This document shows, piece after piece, positions 19,690-29,946 of a DNA stretch of 63,308 nt. This DNA comes from a virus (Duplodnaviria; Caudoviricetes), in IMG/VR virus record IMGVR_UViG_3300035664_000014, positions 1 to 63,308 of that record, one strand, 5' to 3'. The position numbers were made by a program, and so were the translations under genes. The number at the start of each line of letters is the position of its first letter. The first letter of the stretch is position 1. The notes below the pieces were generated by a model, which saw only the letters and a program-made list of their open reading frames with translations, had not been told where the DNA came from and made no database searches.

Positions 19690-22600
19690 ATGGCAACGGT
19701 AGAAGATTTGGCGAAGGCGTTTGACCTTGCCAGAGAGAATGGAGATACCGAAAACGCGACTTACTTCGCGCAGGAATTGGTAAAATTCAAACAGGCTCAG
19801 GATCGCGCCCGCCAAGAAGCCGCTCTTCCAGCTGGAGAATCCGGTATCGAGCGACCTCCAGAAGAACTCCAGCCGCAACTGTTCTATGGTGAAGCGGCAA
19901 GGCAAGAGGCGAATCTGAACAAGAACGTATCGCGGGAACTCATCGCAGAACTTCGTAAGGCGCAGACCGGCGAGACTCCAACCGCAACGGAAGTTGAGTC
20001 GTTCAAAAAGACAGCTGGCAGCAAGTCCACAAGGGACTTTTTCGACAACCTTGTAGCCAAAGGCGGCATCGACATCGCATCTTCGTTTGATCCACAAGCC
20101 TCGCCAACGCTTGCCGGCGCGTGGGAGAAGTACAAGCAGGAGATGAAGCCAAGTGTGCTTGGAGCTGCTGCAAGAGGCGCGTCAGAGCAGATTCTTCCCA
20201 CAATCGGTGGAGCTTTGGGTGGGTTTGCTGCCGGAACAATGACTGCGAATCCAGTTGTTGGCATTGCTGGTGGAGTGGCTGGCGCAAAGCTCGGTGCAGA
20301 GCTTCAACAGTCAATACTTCCGCCAAGCGAGGCGGACTTGGCTCAACGCCGGTTTGACGAAGCTGCTGCTGCAACGCGGTACGCGAGAGCGGCTGGTGAG
20401 TTTGCGCCAGGTCTTGCCACCGGCGTCCCATCGCCTTCTCGCATCGGCGCAATAGCCGGCATGGGTTCTCAAGCCGCTGTCGCAGCCGCACGTAATATGG
20501 CCCTTAGAGAAGGCGCTATTGGGGCTGGAGCATCGTTTGCGGCGGCAGGCATGGAAGGCAGGCTTCCAACGGCTCAGGAGATGGCTGAAGGAGCCATCAT
20601 GGGCGCTATCACTCGCCCAACAAAGTTGGGAACGGCAATGATGATGCCGCGCGAGCAACGCACCCAGCTTGCTGGAAGAAGAAGCGCCGAGCAAACGATG
20701 CAGGAGTTTGCTGGCGGCGAAAAACCAGCGGAACTGGCCGCGACTGCAATCGAGAAGGGTATCCCAACGTCCCCAGGGGCGACGTTCTTCGCCGGTGAGA
20801 TTTCAGGCAACGAAGGGCTGCTTGGGTTGCAGGAAGCCTTGGCAACAACGAATGCTGGACTGCGCAGCATCCGCCAGCAAACACGCGAAGCGGTTGCTTC
20901 TGATTTGGGCGCAACGCTCCAGCCGCAGGGAGGCGCCGGTATTGAGGCCGCTCAAGGCGTTATCCAAGCCCAACACGACAAGCTTATCAGAGCTGCTGAA
21001 GCCGCCAGAGACAGCGCCATTGAAAAAGGCAACCGCGAAGCGGTAAGTGCCTTAAACGATGCTCTCGCCGAGTCCAGAAACAACTTTAATGCAGCCAAGC
21101 AGGGAGCGATTGCCGCTGATGCTGCTCTTGAAGCCAGCGCGGCGCGTCTAAAGCAGGCTGGTCAGCAGTTTGCTCAAGCGCAGAAAAGCCGGTCTCGGTC
21201 GGACCAAAGCATAACCGTTGAACAGGTGCTGCTGAGGAACGCTAAGGAGGAAAAGGCACTGCACGATGAGGCATATGCAAAAGCTCGCCAGGAGACCGGT
21301 GATCTTGTCGTTGACTACGCGAACACCATCGAGGCACTAAAAAAGGTTCAGAAGCAGGCTGGAGAGCGTGGAAATATTCCAGAGCACATCTCAAAGATGA
21401 TTGAAGATCTGATTGAGAATCCAGACAAAAATAAGGTCAACAGGGTTGAGGACATTGATTCTGATTACCGGAGCATTTCTGGAGAACTTTCAGACACCAA
21501 AAATATCGCCTATCAAAAATGGCTGGGGATGGTGAAAGATTCGCTTAAGGCAGACCTAGAAACTGCCGGTAACGCTTCTCCTCTGTTTGCAAGGGCCAAC
21601 AAACTGTATTTTGAATACGCACGCAAGTATTTCGATGGTCCTGCTTGGGGTGTTATTTATGGACGAGGCGACAAAAAGACGCCACCAAGCAAAACAATCG
21701 ACGCGTACACGTCCGACCTTGAATCCTTAATACAGCTTAAGGAGTCGATCAAAGGAGACCCTGCCGCGCAGCAGGCTATCGATAACTGGTTTGTCGATAT
21801 GTTCTCTCAAAAAGTTGAGTCTGCGCCGACTGTCAAGAGCATGGAAAACTGGGCCATGAAAGGGGATGCCAGAGATTTTTCCAGAGTGTTCCCATCTGCA
21901 AGGGCGGCTGTCGATAAAGCTCAATCGGACATCCGTACAGCGGAAGCTGGCGTTGAGCGTGCGCAGCAAGAGAAAACACTTGCCCGTGAACTTGCCGCCG
22001 AGGCAAAAGCTGAACTTACTGAAAAAAAGGTCGACGCAAAACAGCGCGAAACGGTTATTGAAAAAGAGAAGAGGCAACAGGCCAAGGAAGCGTTTAGGAA
22101 CGAGCAGGAGCGCATCCAAGGCATGGCTGTGAACAAGATTCTCGGCAAGGACGCTAAAATGGCTTTCACCAACATTTTCAAGTCCGACGACCCTGTTGGA
22201 ATGACCTCTGAAATCATGGCGACTCTGCGTGGCAACAAGCAGGCTGAAGAAGGGTTCAAGAATGCGCTTAGCAGCTATCTCAATGAAAATCTGCGGAGCA
22301 ATTCACGGGTTGAGACAACGCTAAACAAAGCGGAGCCGGTAAAGCCAGACGAGTTTGCTGCTCTTTTTGGAAAGCTGAACGACTTCCTTACTGAGGGATT
22401 GAGAGAGCGGGCCGTGCTGGAGAAGGTGTACGGCAAAGATTCCAAGGAGATGAAAGCCTTGGACATCATTCGCAAGCAGTACGAACTGCTCGCTCGTCCA
22501 ACAAGAACGACCCAAGGCCAATCACAGACAGCTCTCAGAACCGCGATTGGCAGCAATCTCTCCGACATAAACAAGAACAACTCACTCGGGGCGCTGCAAC

Positions 22601-22848
22601 GCATCGCTGCCGGTCTTGATGAGAAAGTTGGAGCTGGGGCAAGGTTCTTCACCGCTGTTTCGTCGCTGCTTCGATTCGCTTCAAAAGGAGACCCGTCTAA
22701 AGTTGCCTTGAACATCCTTGTTGAAGCGCAAACCAACCCGAAATTAGCCGCCGAGCTTCTCAGGGGCCAAACACCTGATAGTATCAAGAAACTACGCCCC
22801 TACGCTAAGTTCTACGGCCAGAAACAATCCGAAAAGGAGGAAAAGTAA
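19690..22848 (+). CDS. large DNA ejection protein, gp16 position
   Basis: 1052 aa, Ala-rich and helical, with GxxxG hydrophobic segments. Confidence 0.65.
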   Translation: MATVEDLAKAFDLARENGDTENATYFAQELVKFKQAQDRARQEAALPAGESGIERPPEELQPQLFYGEAARQEANLNKNVSRELIAELRKAQTGETPTATEVESFKKTAGSKSTRDFFDNLVAKGGIDIASSFDPQASPTLAGAWEKYKQEMKPSVLGAAARGASEQILPTIGGALGGFAAGTMTANPVVGIAGGVAGAKLGAELQQSILPPSEADLAQRRFDEAAAATRYARAAGEFAPGLATGVPSPSRIGAIAGMGSQAAVAAARNMALREGAIGAGASFAAAGMEGRLPTAQEMAEGAIMGAITRPTKLGTAMMMPREQRTQLAGRRSAEQTMQEFAGGEKPAELAATAIEKGIPTSPGATFFAGEISGNEGLLGLQEALATTNAGLRSIRQQTREAVASDLGATLQPQGGAGIEAAQGVIQAQHDKLIRAAEAARDSAIEKGNREAVSALNDALAESRNNFNAAKQGAIAADAALEASAARLKQAGQQFAQAQKSRSRSDQSITVEQVLLRNAKEEKALHDEAYAKARQETGDLVVDYANTIEALKKVQKQAGERGNIPEHISKMIEDLIENPDKNKVNRVEDIDSDYRSISGELSDTKNIAYQKWLGMVKDSLKADLETAGNASPLFARANKLYFEYARKYFDGPAWGVIYGRGDKKTPPSKTIDAYTSDLESLIQLKESIKGDPAAQQAIDNWFVDMFSQKVESAPTVKSMENWAMKGDARDFSRVFPSARAAVDKAQSDIRTAEAGVERAQQEKTLARELAAEAKAELTEKKVDAKQRETVIEKEKRQQAKEAFRNEQERIQGMAVNKILGKDAKMAFTNIFKSDDPVGMTSEIMATLRGNKQAEEGFKNALSSYLNENLRSNSRVETTLNKAEPVKPDEFAALFGKLNDFLTEGLRERAVLEKVYGKDSKEMKALDIIRKQYELLARPTRTTQGQSQTALRTAIGSNLSDINKNNSLGALQRIAAGLDEKVGAGARFFTAVSSLLRFASKGDPSKVALNILVEAQTNPKLAAELLRGQTPDSIKKLRPYAKFYGQKQSEKEEK

Positions 22849-22854
22849 CACACC

Positions 22855-24957
22855 ATGTCATACATCATCGAGTCACCTTTCCCGTCGTTCAACGACACCG
22901 ACGGCTCTCCGCTCAACAACGGTTACGTCTACGTTGGATCCCCCAACCTGAACCCTGTCACGGACCCGATACCGGTCTACTGGGACGCGGCCCTCACACA
23001 GCCGGCTGCGCAGCCCATCCGGACCATCAACGGCTACCTCTCGCGTAACGGCTCCCCAGGGCGCATCTACACGAACTTCATCACCTACTCCTTCCGCGTT
23101 ACCAACAACAAGGGCGAGCAGGTGTTCTCAGACCTCAACTACACCGATCCCAGCTCCAGCGCCGGCAGTACCTACCAGCAGGTCATCACGGCGATTGCAG
23201 GACAGACGGTGTTCAACTTGAGCCGCACCTACATCCCTGGGACCAACAACCTGTTCGTCTACCGCAACGGTCTTCGCCTCATCGCCGGTCAAGACTACAA
23301 CGAGACCGGCTACAGCCAAGTCACGCTGACGGCTGGGGCTGCTAACGGTGACGAGTTCGTCTTCGACATCGGCTACAACTACGACAGCGCAGCCAGCGTT
23401 GACGCGCAGGACGTCACCTACAAGCTGCCTGCGGTTGACTCGGTGTTCACCAACGTCGAAGCGAAGCTGTCGGAAATCATCAGCGTGAAGGACTTTGGTG
23501 CAGTCGGGGATGGCGGCACGAATGATACGGCGGCGATTCAGGCGGCGATTAACGCAGCGCAAGCAGTGGGACAAGGGTGCGTGTATTTTCCAGCAGGAAC
23601 TTACAGGGCCAATTCTGGGCTGACCATTACAAGCAACAACATTCACCTTGCTGGCGCTGGTACTTCTGCAACTTTTCTATACGGCTTTCAGGCAAGTGGA
23701 AACTTCTTGTCATACGAAGGAACCGTATCAACTCCAATTTCTGGTGGCGGTATTCGCGAGATGACAATTATTGGAGGTGCTCAAGATCAGACAAGCGGAT
23801 CCTTGGTAAGATTTTCAAATTGCAACGCGATTCGATGCAGTAATGTGGATATTCGGCAATACTTTGGGTGCTTACACCTAGAAAGCGTCACTGACTCGTT
23901 GTTTACATCAGTCACACTGCGCTCAGACAGCAACTTTACTTCACTAAAAACTGGAAGCTACCTGCTCAAGGTATCAAAGGCATCTGGTGGAGTTACACCA
24001 TCAGAAATTCATTTTACTGGAGTTGACTGGAGAGGGCAGCGGGCCGGTGGGGCAAACTATCTCGACTACGGAATTATCCTAAACTGCTTTGATGGCGTTT
24101 GGATCAATGGTGGCCATGTTGGATTCTGTCAAAGTGCCGCTATCCTAGTGCAGCCACAGGACACAACTGCTCTGTGTACTGCGCTCAACACTAGCAACAC
24201 ATACATTGATTCGGTTCCAAATGGACGTGGCGTGCACATTAAAGAACCAGTAGGCTACACAGGGAATCAGGGAGCACACTCCATTCGACTGGCTCAAGTT
24301 TACAACTGCAATCGTGGAGTTGAAATTGAATGTCTAACAAATAATCCCTTTACAGTATCAATTGCTCAGGCTTTTTACATTGTTCTTGATGCAGTATTGA
24401 TCCTTAAAGGTAACAACATAACTGTAAATCTAGAATCTGCTTACAACATAAATACAGCAGGCACTTCTGGATGTGGAATTGTTATTGGTGGAAGCGGCAC
24501 TGGATACAAACTTTTTGCATGCGTTGAAGAGTCAGGAATGTTTACTCCAGCATTCGGAGTTTACCTTGCTGGCACAGTAGACCAAGTAAGCATCAGCGGT
24601 AGATTTAAGGGCACTACCAAAGACATTGTAAACGACTCTACTGGTCGAAACATTCGGGTTGGGACAGTTTTAACAGACAAGATGATGTCGTCTGTTTCTG
24701 CTAACGGTTCTAATGTTTTGTCAGTACCTCTTGCTGAAAATACTGTTTATCTTGCTGGAGCAAACAATGTGACTAGTATTGATGCAAACTCAGCAGCAAA
24801 GGGACGCATTGTTACGTTTATTGGAAATGCAACGCTTTCAGTCTTTGATGGAAACAATTTGAAACTTAACGGTGGATGGACATGTGCTGCGTCATACACG
24901 CTTACACTGATCTGTGACGGCACAAACTGGTACGAGCTATCTCGCAGCGCAAACTAA
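22855..24957 (+). CDS. tailspike 1 (virion-anchoring N-terminus plus beta-helix depolymerase)
   Basis: N-terminal GSPLNNGYVYVG...QPIRT; SVKDFGAVGDGGTNDTAAIQAAI beta-helix start. Confidence 0.85.
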   Translation: MSYIIESPFPSFNDTDGSPLNNGYVYVGSPNLNPVTDPIPVYWDAALTQPAAQPIRTINGYLSRNGSPGRIYTNFITYSFRVTNNKGEQVFSDLNYTDPSSSAGSTYQQVITAIAGQTVFNLSRTYIPGTNNLFVYRNGLRLIAGQDYNETGYSQVTLTAGAANGDEFVFDIGYNYDSAASVDAQDVTYKLPAVDSVFTNVEAKLSEIISVKDFGAVGDGGTNDTAAIQAAINAAQAVGQGCVYFPAGTYRANSGLTITSNNIHLAGAGTSATFLYGFQASGNFLSYEGTVSTPISGGGIREMTIIGGAQDQTSGSLVRFSNCNAIRCSNVDIRQYFGCLHLESVTDSLFTSVTLRSDSNFTSLKTGSYLLKVSKASGGVTPSEIHFTGVDWRGQRAGGANYLDYGIILNCFDGVWINGGHVGFCQSAAILVQPQDTTALCTALNTSNTYIDSVPNGRGVHIKEPVGYTGNQGAHSIRLAQVYNCNRGVEIECLTNNPFTVSIAQAFYIVLDAVLILKGNNITVNLESAYNINTAGTSGCGIVIGGSGTGYKLFACVEESGMFTPAFGVYLAGTVDQVSISGRFKGTTKDIVNDSTGRNIRVGTVLTDKMMSSVSANGSNVLSVPLAENTVYLAGANNVTSIDANSAAKGRIVTFIGNATLSVFDGNNLKLNGGWTCAASYTLTLICDGTNWYELSRSAN

Positions 24958-24961
24958 GGCC

Positions 24962-25030
24962 ATGAACACCCAACAGCAAGCCCCGCCTCCAATAGACATC
25001 GACATCCTCTGGTTCGACCCACGCAGCTAA
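24962..25030 (+). CDS. 22-aa micropeptide MNTQQQAPPPIDIDILWFDPRS
   Basis: Paralog of 27089-27160 with synonymous changes. Confidence 0.5.
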   Translation: MNTQQQAPPPIDIDILWFDPRS

Positions 25031-25049
25031 CACAACAAACAGATACCCT

Positions 25050-27083
25050 ATGAGCAGCAAAGCATTTCAGAACGCAGACAAGCTGAATGGAATCGTCTCG
25101 GTTCTACAGTTCGGAGCCATGGGAGATGGAGTGACAGATGACACCGCAGCGATTCAGGCGGCGATTGATTACGTTGCGTCAATTAAGGGAGGAACTGTTA
25201 CGTTTACAGAACGTCACCTTATAGATGGAGTTTTGACGGTAAAGGATTACGTTTCCCTGCAAGGCCCGTTAGGGATGCCTGACGAGTTACTTCCTGCGGT
25301 ATCAGCAGATTATGATTCGCAAAGTGGAGTTCTGATTCTGAATCAAACCGCAACAATCTACACCAACGATGGAGCTTCCGTTTGCAACTGTCTGATAATT
25401 CGCAAGGGACTCAATCTCCCATTTGCAGACGCTGCTGCCGCTGCGGCTGGAATTGCAGCCTTTGCTGGAACCGCTCTTACCGTTGCTGGAGCTGGATCTT
25501 ATTTCCACCACTTGCTGATTCTTGGATTCAATCAAGCTATTTACTCAAATGCTTATGAAAGGATTCGTTGTGAGTATGTACTAGGAGATTGTACAAACGG
25601 CATTCATCTTAGAGAGGTTTACGATATTGCATATGTTGAGAACTGCCATTTTTGGCCTTGGACAACAACACACAACACTTGGACGATTGGCTCGCCAGCG
25701 GTATTGTTAAAGCGTAGCGGAACAGCCTACAAGTTCTCTGACGTTTGCGATTGGGGAAAACTTACAAACTGTTTCAGCTATGGTTACGAAGTTGGTTTTG
25801 CGGTTGAATCATGCGACCATGTAAACATCATCGGATGCGGAGCAGACCACTACAGTCCTGACGCAAACTTAACTTCTGTTGGATTTGCAATCACAGGCAC
25901 ATCCGAGAACACACTGTTGCTTGGATGCCAAGCAGCGGCTCAATCGTCTGGAGTTGTGATAAACACAACAGAGCCAATAACGGTAAACTCTCACCGCATA
26001 CAGAGCTGCAACTTTTGGGAGAATGATTCATCGGCAATAGCTGTAGTGCGCGGACGCGCAATCATCAGCGGGTGCGAGATGAAAAGCACAGTTGCCGCAG
26101 CTAACGGTATCGTTTTATACGATACTTCAGATGGGATTACCGCAACTGGAAACGATTTTTCGAGCTTTGCGACTACTGTTGCTTTTGTAGGAGCTTCTTC
26201 TGCTGCTGTTTTAAGAAAGTCTACATTTCATGCAAATCGCTTTACAAACTGCATTGATGTAACTGGACAAACACTATCCATACCGCAAGGCACGCTGAAC
26301 TTTTTGAGAGCAACAGTAACAGCGTCAATAGCTAATGGATTTTACTTTGACGCAAGGACATCCAGAGGAACTTTTGATGCGCCAACAGCAAGTCAAATAG
26401 CAGATACCGCCATAGGTTTTCGAGGATACTTGTGGGATGGCAACGATTACCGGACGTGCGCTTTGCTTCGCGCTCAATCCTCCGTGAATGCCTCGGCTGG
26501 AAATGCGGGCGGGCAATGGATTATTTCCACAACTCCATCAGGCAGCGTGTCTCCTGTTGATAGGTTGAGCTTGCTTGATAGCGGACATCTTGCTCCTCTG
26601 GCTGACAATGCGTACTTAAATGGAATCAACGGCAACAGATGGTCTGCAATCTGGGCAGCAAATGGCACTATCCAAACTTCAGACGCACGCGAAAAAACCG
26701 ACATTGCAGACGCTTCGTTAGGCTTGAGCTTCATAAACGCTTTGCGTCCCGTATCCTACAAGTGGATTGAAGGAAGCAAGGAGGTTGTTCGGCAGGTCTT
26801 TAGGGATGCGCAAGGAAACGAGTGTGAGGCGACGGCAGATGGGGCTATTCCTTCTGAAATCATCACCAAGTCAATCCCAGGCAAACGAACCCACTGGGGC
26901 TTGCTGGCGCAAGATGTAAAAGCGGCTTGCGATGCTGCTGGGGTTGATTTTGGCGGCTGGGTATTAACGGAAAAGGACAACCAAGACAGTCAACAGGCGC
27001 TGAGATACGATCAGTTCATTGCTCCGCTAATCAAGGCAGTGCAAGAGCTTTCCAAGAGAGTCGCAGAACTTGAATCGAAGTAA
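25050..27083 (+). CDS. tailspike 2 (beta-helix plus C-terminal Peptidase S74 intramolecular chaperone)
   Basis: FGAMGDGVTDDTAAIQAAI; TSDAREKTDI...LRPVSYKW...GLLAQDV...LIKAVQEL. Confidence 0.88.
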   Translation: MSSKAFQNADKLNGIVSVLQFGAMGDGVTDDTAAIQAAIDYVASIKGGTVTFTERHLIDGVLTVKDYVSLQGPLGMPDELLPAVSADYDSQSGVLILNQTATIYTNDGASVCNCLIIRKGLNLPFADAAAAAAGIAAFAGTALTVAGAGSYFHHLLILGFNQAIYSNAYERIRCEYVLGDCTNGIHLREVYDIAYVENCHFWPWTTTHNTWTIGSPAVLLKRSGTAYKFSDVCDWGKLTNCFSYGYEVGFAVESCDHVNIIGCGADHYSPDANLTSVGFAITGTSENTLLLGCQAAAQSSGVVINTTEPITVNSHRIQSCNFWENDSSAIAVVRGRAIISGCEMKSTVAAANGIVLYDTSDGITATGNDFSSFATTVAFVGASSAAVLRKSTFHANRFTNCIDVTGQTLSIPQGTLNFLRATVTASIANGFYFDARTSRGTFDAPTASQIADTAIGFRGYLWDGNDYRTCALLRAQSSVNASAGNAGGQWIISTTPSGSVSPVDRLSLLDSGHLAPLADNAYLNGINGNRWSAIWAANGTIQTSDAREKTDIADASLGLSFINALRPVSYKWIEGSKEVVRQVFRDAQGNECEATADGAIPSEIITKSIPGKRTHWGLLAQDVKAACDAAGVDFGGWVLTEKDNQDSQQALRYDQFIAPLIKAVQELSKRVAELESK

Positions 27084-27088
27084 CCCAT

Positions 27089-27160
27089 ATGGTTCGACCC
27101 ACACACCAAGACCCACCGCCAATCGACATCGAGCTTCTTTGGTTCGACCCTAGGAACTAA
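27089..27160 (+). CDS. 23-aa micropeptide MVRPTHQDPPPIDIELLWFDPRN
   Basis: Paralog of 24962-25030. Confidence 0.5.
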   Translation: MVRPTHQDPPPIDIELLWFDPRN

Positions 27161-27171
27161 CCCACACACCC

Positions 27172-27339
27172 ATGAAATACATCCTCGCACGTTTAATGGA
27201 GCCATCCACATGGCGCGGCATCATCAGCCTGCTCACGGTCTTTGGAGTTAAGATTGCGCCTGACCAAGCGGACGCTATCCTCACGGCCGGCGTGAGCGTT
27301 TACTCAGCCATCAACATCTTCAGGAAAGAAAAACCGTGA
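27172..27339 (+). CDS. holin-like membrane protein (phage B)
   Basis: RLMEPSTWRG, two hydrophobic segments, basic tail. Confidence 0.7.
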   Translation: MKYILARLMEPSTWRGIISLLTVFGVKIAPDQADAILTAGVSVYSAINIFRKEKP

Positions 27340-27521
27340 TTGCCGACATCTCGTTTGAACCCATGGTGAACCAACTTGTTGCTCAAGGTCCGCTGGCGTG
27401 CGCGATGGCAATCGCTATCTGGTATCTCTCACAGAAGATTCGCGAGTGCGAGGACGACCGGAAGGAGCTGTGGAAGAAGGTGAGCGAAATCTCTGAGCGG
27501 TTCTTCACCGAGCACAAATGA
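27336..27521 (+). CDS. small membrane protein of lysis module
   Basis: QGPLACAMAIAIWYL transmembrane segment plus coiled coil. Confidence 0.65.
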   Translation: MIADISFEPMVNQLVAQGPLACAMAIAIWYLSQKIRECEDDRKELWKKVSEISERFFTEHK

Positions 27522-28144
27522 ACATCTCAGACGCGGGTCTAAAGCTCATCATCGATTTCGAGGTGGGCGGCGGTGAGGAGTACTACCGCAAGTTCCTTCA
27601 GAGCCCGACGTGGCCTGGGGAGCAAAGCGGAGTCACGATTGGGATTGGCTACGACTTGGGCTACGCCACATCGCAACAGTTCTCGGAAGCGTGGGAGGAA
27701 CTGCTCCCCGAGTCCGATTACCTTGCGCTCACCGCCGCCCTCGGAGTCAAGGCAAACGCAGCCCGTGAACTCCTGCACGCCTCGCCCACAATGCGCTCCG
27801 TCGTAGTGCTTTGGCATAAGGCAGTACAGGTTTTTGAAAATCATACCTTGCCGAAGTTTTACCTTCAGATGTTGCGCATTTACCCGCAGGCCGAAGACCT
27901 GCCAGACGAGGCGCGGGACGCTCTTATCTCGTTGGTATTCAACCGTGGCACAGCCCTCGCAGGGGACAGGCGGTCCGAGATGCTTGGCATCCAGAACGCG
28001 ATGCGCGACCGCCGGTTCTATGACGTACCGGAACTCATCCGGTCGATGAAGCGTTTGTGGCCGAACACCAAAGGCTTACAACGCCGCAGAGACGCTGAGG
28101 CGGCTCTGTTCGAGAAAGCGCTTGAGCCTAAGCGTAAGCGATAA
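27518..28144 (+). CDS. lysozyme-fold endolysin (GH24-like)
   Basis: GLKLIIDFE...SGVTIGIGYDLG...ALISLVFNRG...GLQRRRDAEAALF. Confidence 0.85.
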   Translation: MNISDAGLKLIIDFEVGGGEEYYRKFLQSPTWPGEQSGVTIGIGYDLGYATSQQFSEAWEELLPESDYLALTAALGVKANAARELLHASPTMRSVVVLWHKAVQVFENHTLPKFYLQMLRIYPQAEDLPDEARDALISLVFNRGTALAGDRRSEMLGIQNAMRDRRFYDVPELIRSMKRLWPNTKGLQRRRDAEAALFEKALEPKRKR

Positions 28145-28361
28145 ACTCAAGGCCCTTGCCTTTGATTTGCGGGAGCATACCGTTCTCGTCGTAAATCCCT
28201 GCGCCTTTGGGGATAATGGTGTCCGGAGGCAGTGCACTGCCCATGGTGGCAATGGGCCCCGAGTCGGAGTGTACCTTCGGGGCGAGCACAACCATCCCCG
28301 CTTGGATGCCGTGAACACCGGTGTATTTCTCAATCAGAGCGTCAAAAGAGACAGGTTCCAT
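28128..28361 (-). CDS. hypothetical protein
   Basis: 77 aa, fills the gap convergent with the endolysin. Confidence 0.5.
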   Translation of the reverse strand: MEPVSFDALIEKYTGVHGIQAGMVVLAPKVHSDSGPIATMGSALPPDTIIPKGAGIYDENGMLPQIKGKGLEFIAYA

Positions 28362-28414
28362 GGCTCAACACGTTGCAAGGAAGCAGCTTGCGACAAAAGG
28401 AAAAAAGATGTTGC

Positions 28415-28431
28415 GATACGCAAAAAATGCG
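28415..28431 (+). promoter_or_regulatory. putative operator GATACGCAAAAAATGCG
   Basis: CGCA-N5-TGCG dyad; exact inverted copy at 43254-43270. Confidence 0.55.
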
Positions 28432-28449
28432 TACATCTTCATCCCCGCC

Positions 28450-28746
28450 ATGAGCTACCAAATAGATGCGAGGCACATGGTCTTCCGGTTCGGGGGAAAG
28501 AACCTGCTCTGGAAGAAGTTGGTGTTGTCGGGGGTACTTGTACAACCGAGAACAATATCAACATGGATTCGCAGACGGAAAATCCCGCTGGAGAAGTTTG
28601 CGGCGCTTGTGGCGCTTGCACACCGCGAAGGCTGGGTGCTTCGGCTCGAAGACGTGTGCCATAAACTGAAACGTGAACTAGAAAATGAACCTGAAAAAAA
28701 TGCGGGAGGAGATAGCCAAACGGCTCACAAAAATCTCCGCCCTTGA
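28450..28746 (+). CDS. Cro-like helix-turn-helix protein
   Basis: FGG...TISTWIRRRKIP pattern; first gene of the replication operon. Confidence 0.55.
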   Translation: MSYQIDARHMVFRFGGKNLLWKKLVLSGVLVQPRTISTWIRRRKIPLEKFAALVALAHREGWVLRLEDVCHKLKRELENEPEKNAGGDSQTAHKNLRP

Positions 28747-29086
28747 AGAAGAGATAGGGATATTGGAGCAGGCCGTCATGCAGCAGCATGGGGCGAACCT
28801 CCAGAACCTGCTCGCAGAGTCAGGCCGTGGATACGGTCAACTCACAACGGAAGTGGACGGAGTCAAACTGACGTATGAGGTCAAGGCGACCTACCTGTGG
28901 GATCAGGGCAAGTTGCAGGCTCTGTACGAGTCGCTGCCGCTGGCTGACGCACGGGAGCTTGTCACCACTAAGATGTCGGTGTCGGCTAAGACCATTGAGC
29001 GCATCGGCAACGAAGACGTGCTGAGGCGCGTTATGGAGGCGCGTACCACCAAGTTCAGTGAGCCCCGTATCACCTTCATCAAATGA
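28685..29086 (+). CDS. hypothetical recombination-module protein
   Basis: Coiled coil plus WDQGKL motif, upstream of the AAA ATPase. Confidence 0.7.
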   Translation: MNLKKMREEIAKRLTKISALEEEIGILEQAVMQQHGANLQNLLAESGRGYGQLTTEVDGVKLTYEVKATYLWDQGKLQALYESLPLADARELVTTKMSVSAKTIERIGNEDVLRRVMEARTTKFSEPRITFIK

Positions 29087-29928
29087 GCCTGCGCATCATT
29101 AAGGCAGACGAGCGCCTAAAGCGCACCTCGGACTGCATTAAGGCAGTTGTGTTCGGCCCTGCCGGTGTTGGCAAAACATACCAAGCCCGCACGCTGGACG
29201 CGAAGAGCACCCTGTTCGTTGACCTCGAGGCCGGTACGTTGGCGCTGGGCAAAGACTGGAAGGGCGACTGCCTCGACATTCGCGGCACGTCAAACGAGAT
29301 GGGGGCTCATCCGTGGGAGCTGGCGAAGGCCATCGCCCTGTGGCTGGGTGGACCGGATCCTGCCGACGCCAACGGCTCTTACTCGAAGTCGGCGTACGAG
29401 TCCGTTGTGAAGGCGTTCGGGCCGGCGTCCGGTCATGAGCAGTATGAAACGCTGTTCGTTGACTCCATCACCGTGGCGAGTCGGATGTGCTTCGCATGGT
29501 GTCAGCAGCAGCCCGAGGCGTTCAGCGACAAGACCGGTAAGCCCGACACCCGTGGGGCCTACGGGCTTCTTGGACGCGAAATGATTCGCTGGGTAACCCA
29601 ACTACAGCACTGCCACAAGAACGTGGTGCTGGTGGGGATTCTGGAGCAGCAGGAGGATGAGTTAAAGAGGAAGTACTGGGACGTTCAAATCGAGGGCTCG
29701 AAGACGGGCCGCGAGTTGCCTGGTATCTTTGACCTCGTCCTGACGCTTCAGAACTTCGAGGCAGAGGACAAGTCGCAATACCGCGCATTCGTCTGTCATC
29801 AACAGAACCCGTGGGGCTACCCCGCCAAAGACCGCTCCGGTACGCTGGAGCTTCAAGAACCCGCTGACCTTGGGAAGGTGCTCGCCAAGATTCGCGCAGG
29901 TAAACGCATCGACACCGCCAAACACTAA
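29083..29928 (+). CDS. AAA_24/Sak4-like ATPase
   Basis: GPAGVGKT, DLEAG, VDSIT, AKDRSG motifs. Confidence 0.85.
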   Translation: MSLRIIKADERLKRTSDCIKAVVFGPAGVGKTYQARTLDAKSTLFVDLEAGTLALGKDWKGDCLDIRGTSNEMGAHPWELAKAIALWLGGPDPADANGSYSKSAYESVVKAFGPASGHEQYETLFVDSITVASRMCFAWCQQQPEAFSDKTGKPDTRGAYGLLGREMIRWVTQLQHCHKNVVLVGILEQQEDELKRKYWDVQIEGSKTGRELPGIFDLVLTLQNFEAEDKSQYRAFVCHQQNPWGYPAKDRSGTLELQEPADLGKVLAKIRAGKRIDTAKH

Positions 29929-29946
29929 ACAAAAATCGAAAGCAGT

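Noticed and set aside
25010-27150. GGTTCGACCC x3 resembling a tRNA T-loop
   Set aside because: No cloverleaf around any copy; two copies are explained by WFDP codons.
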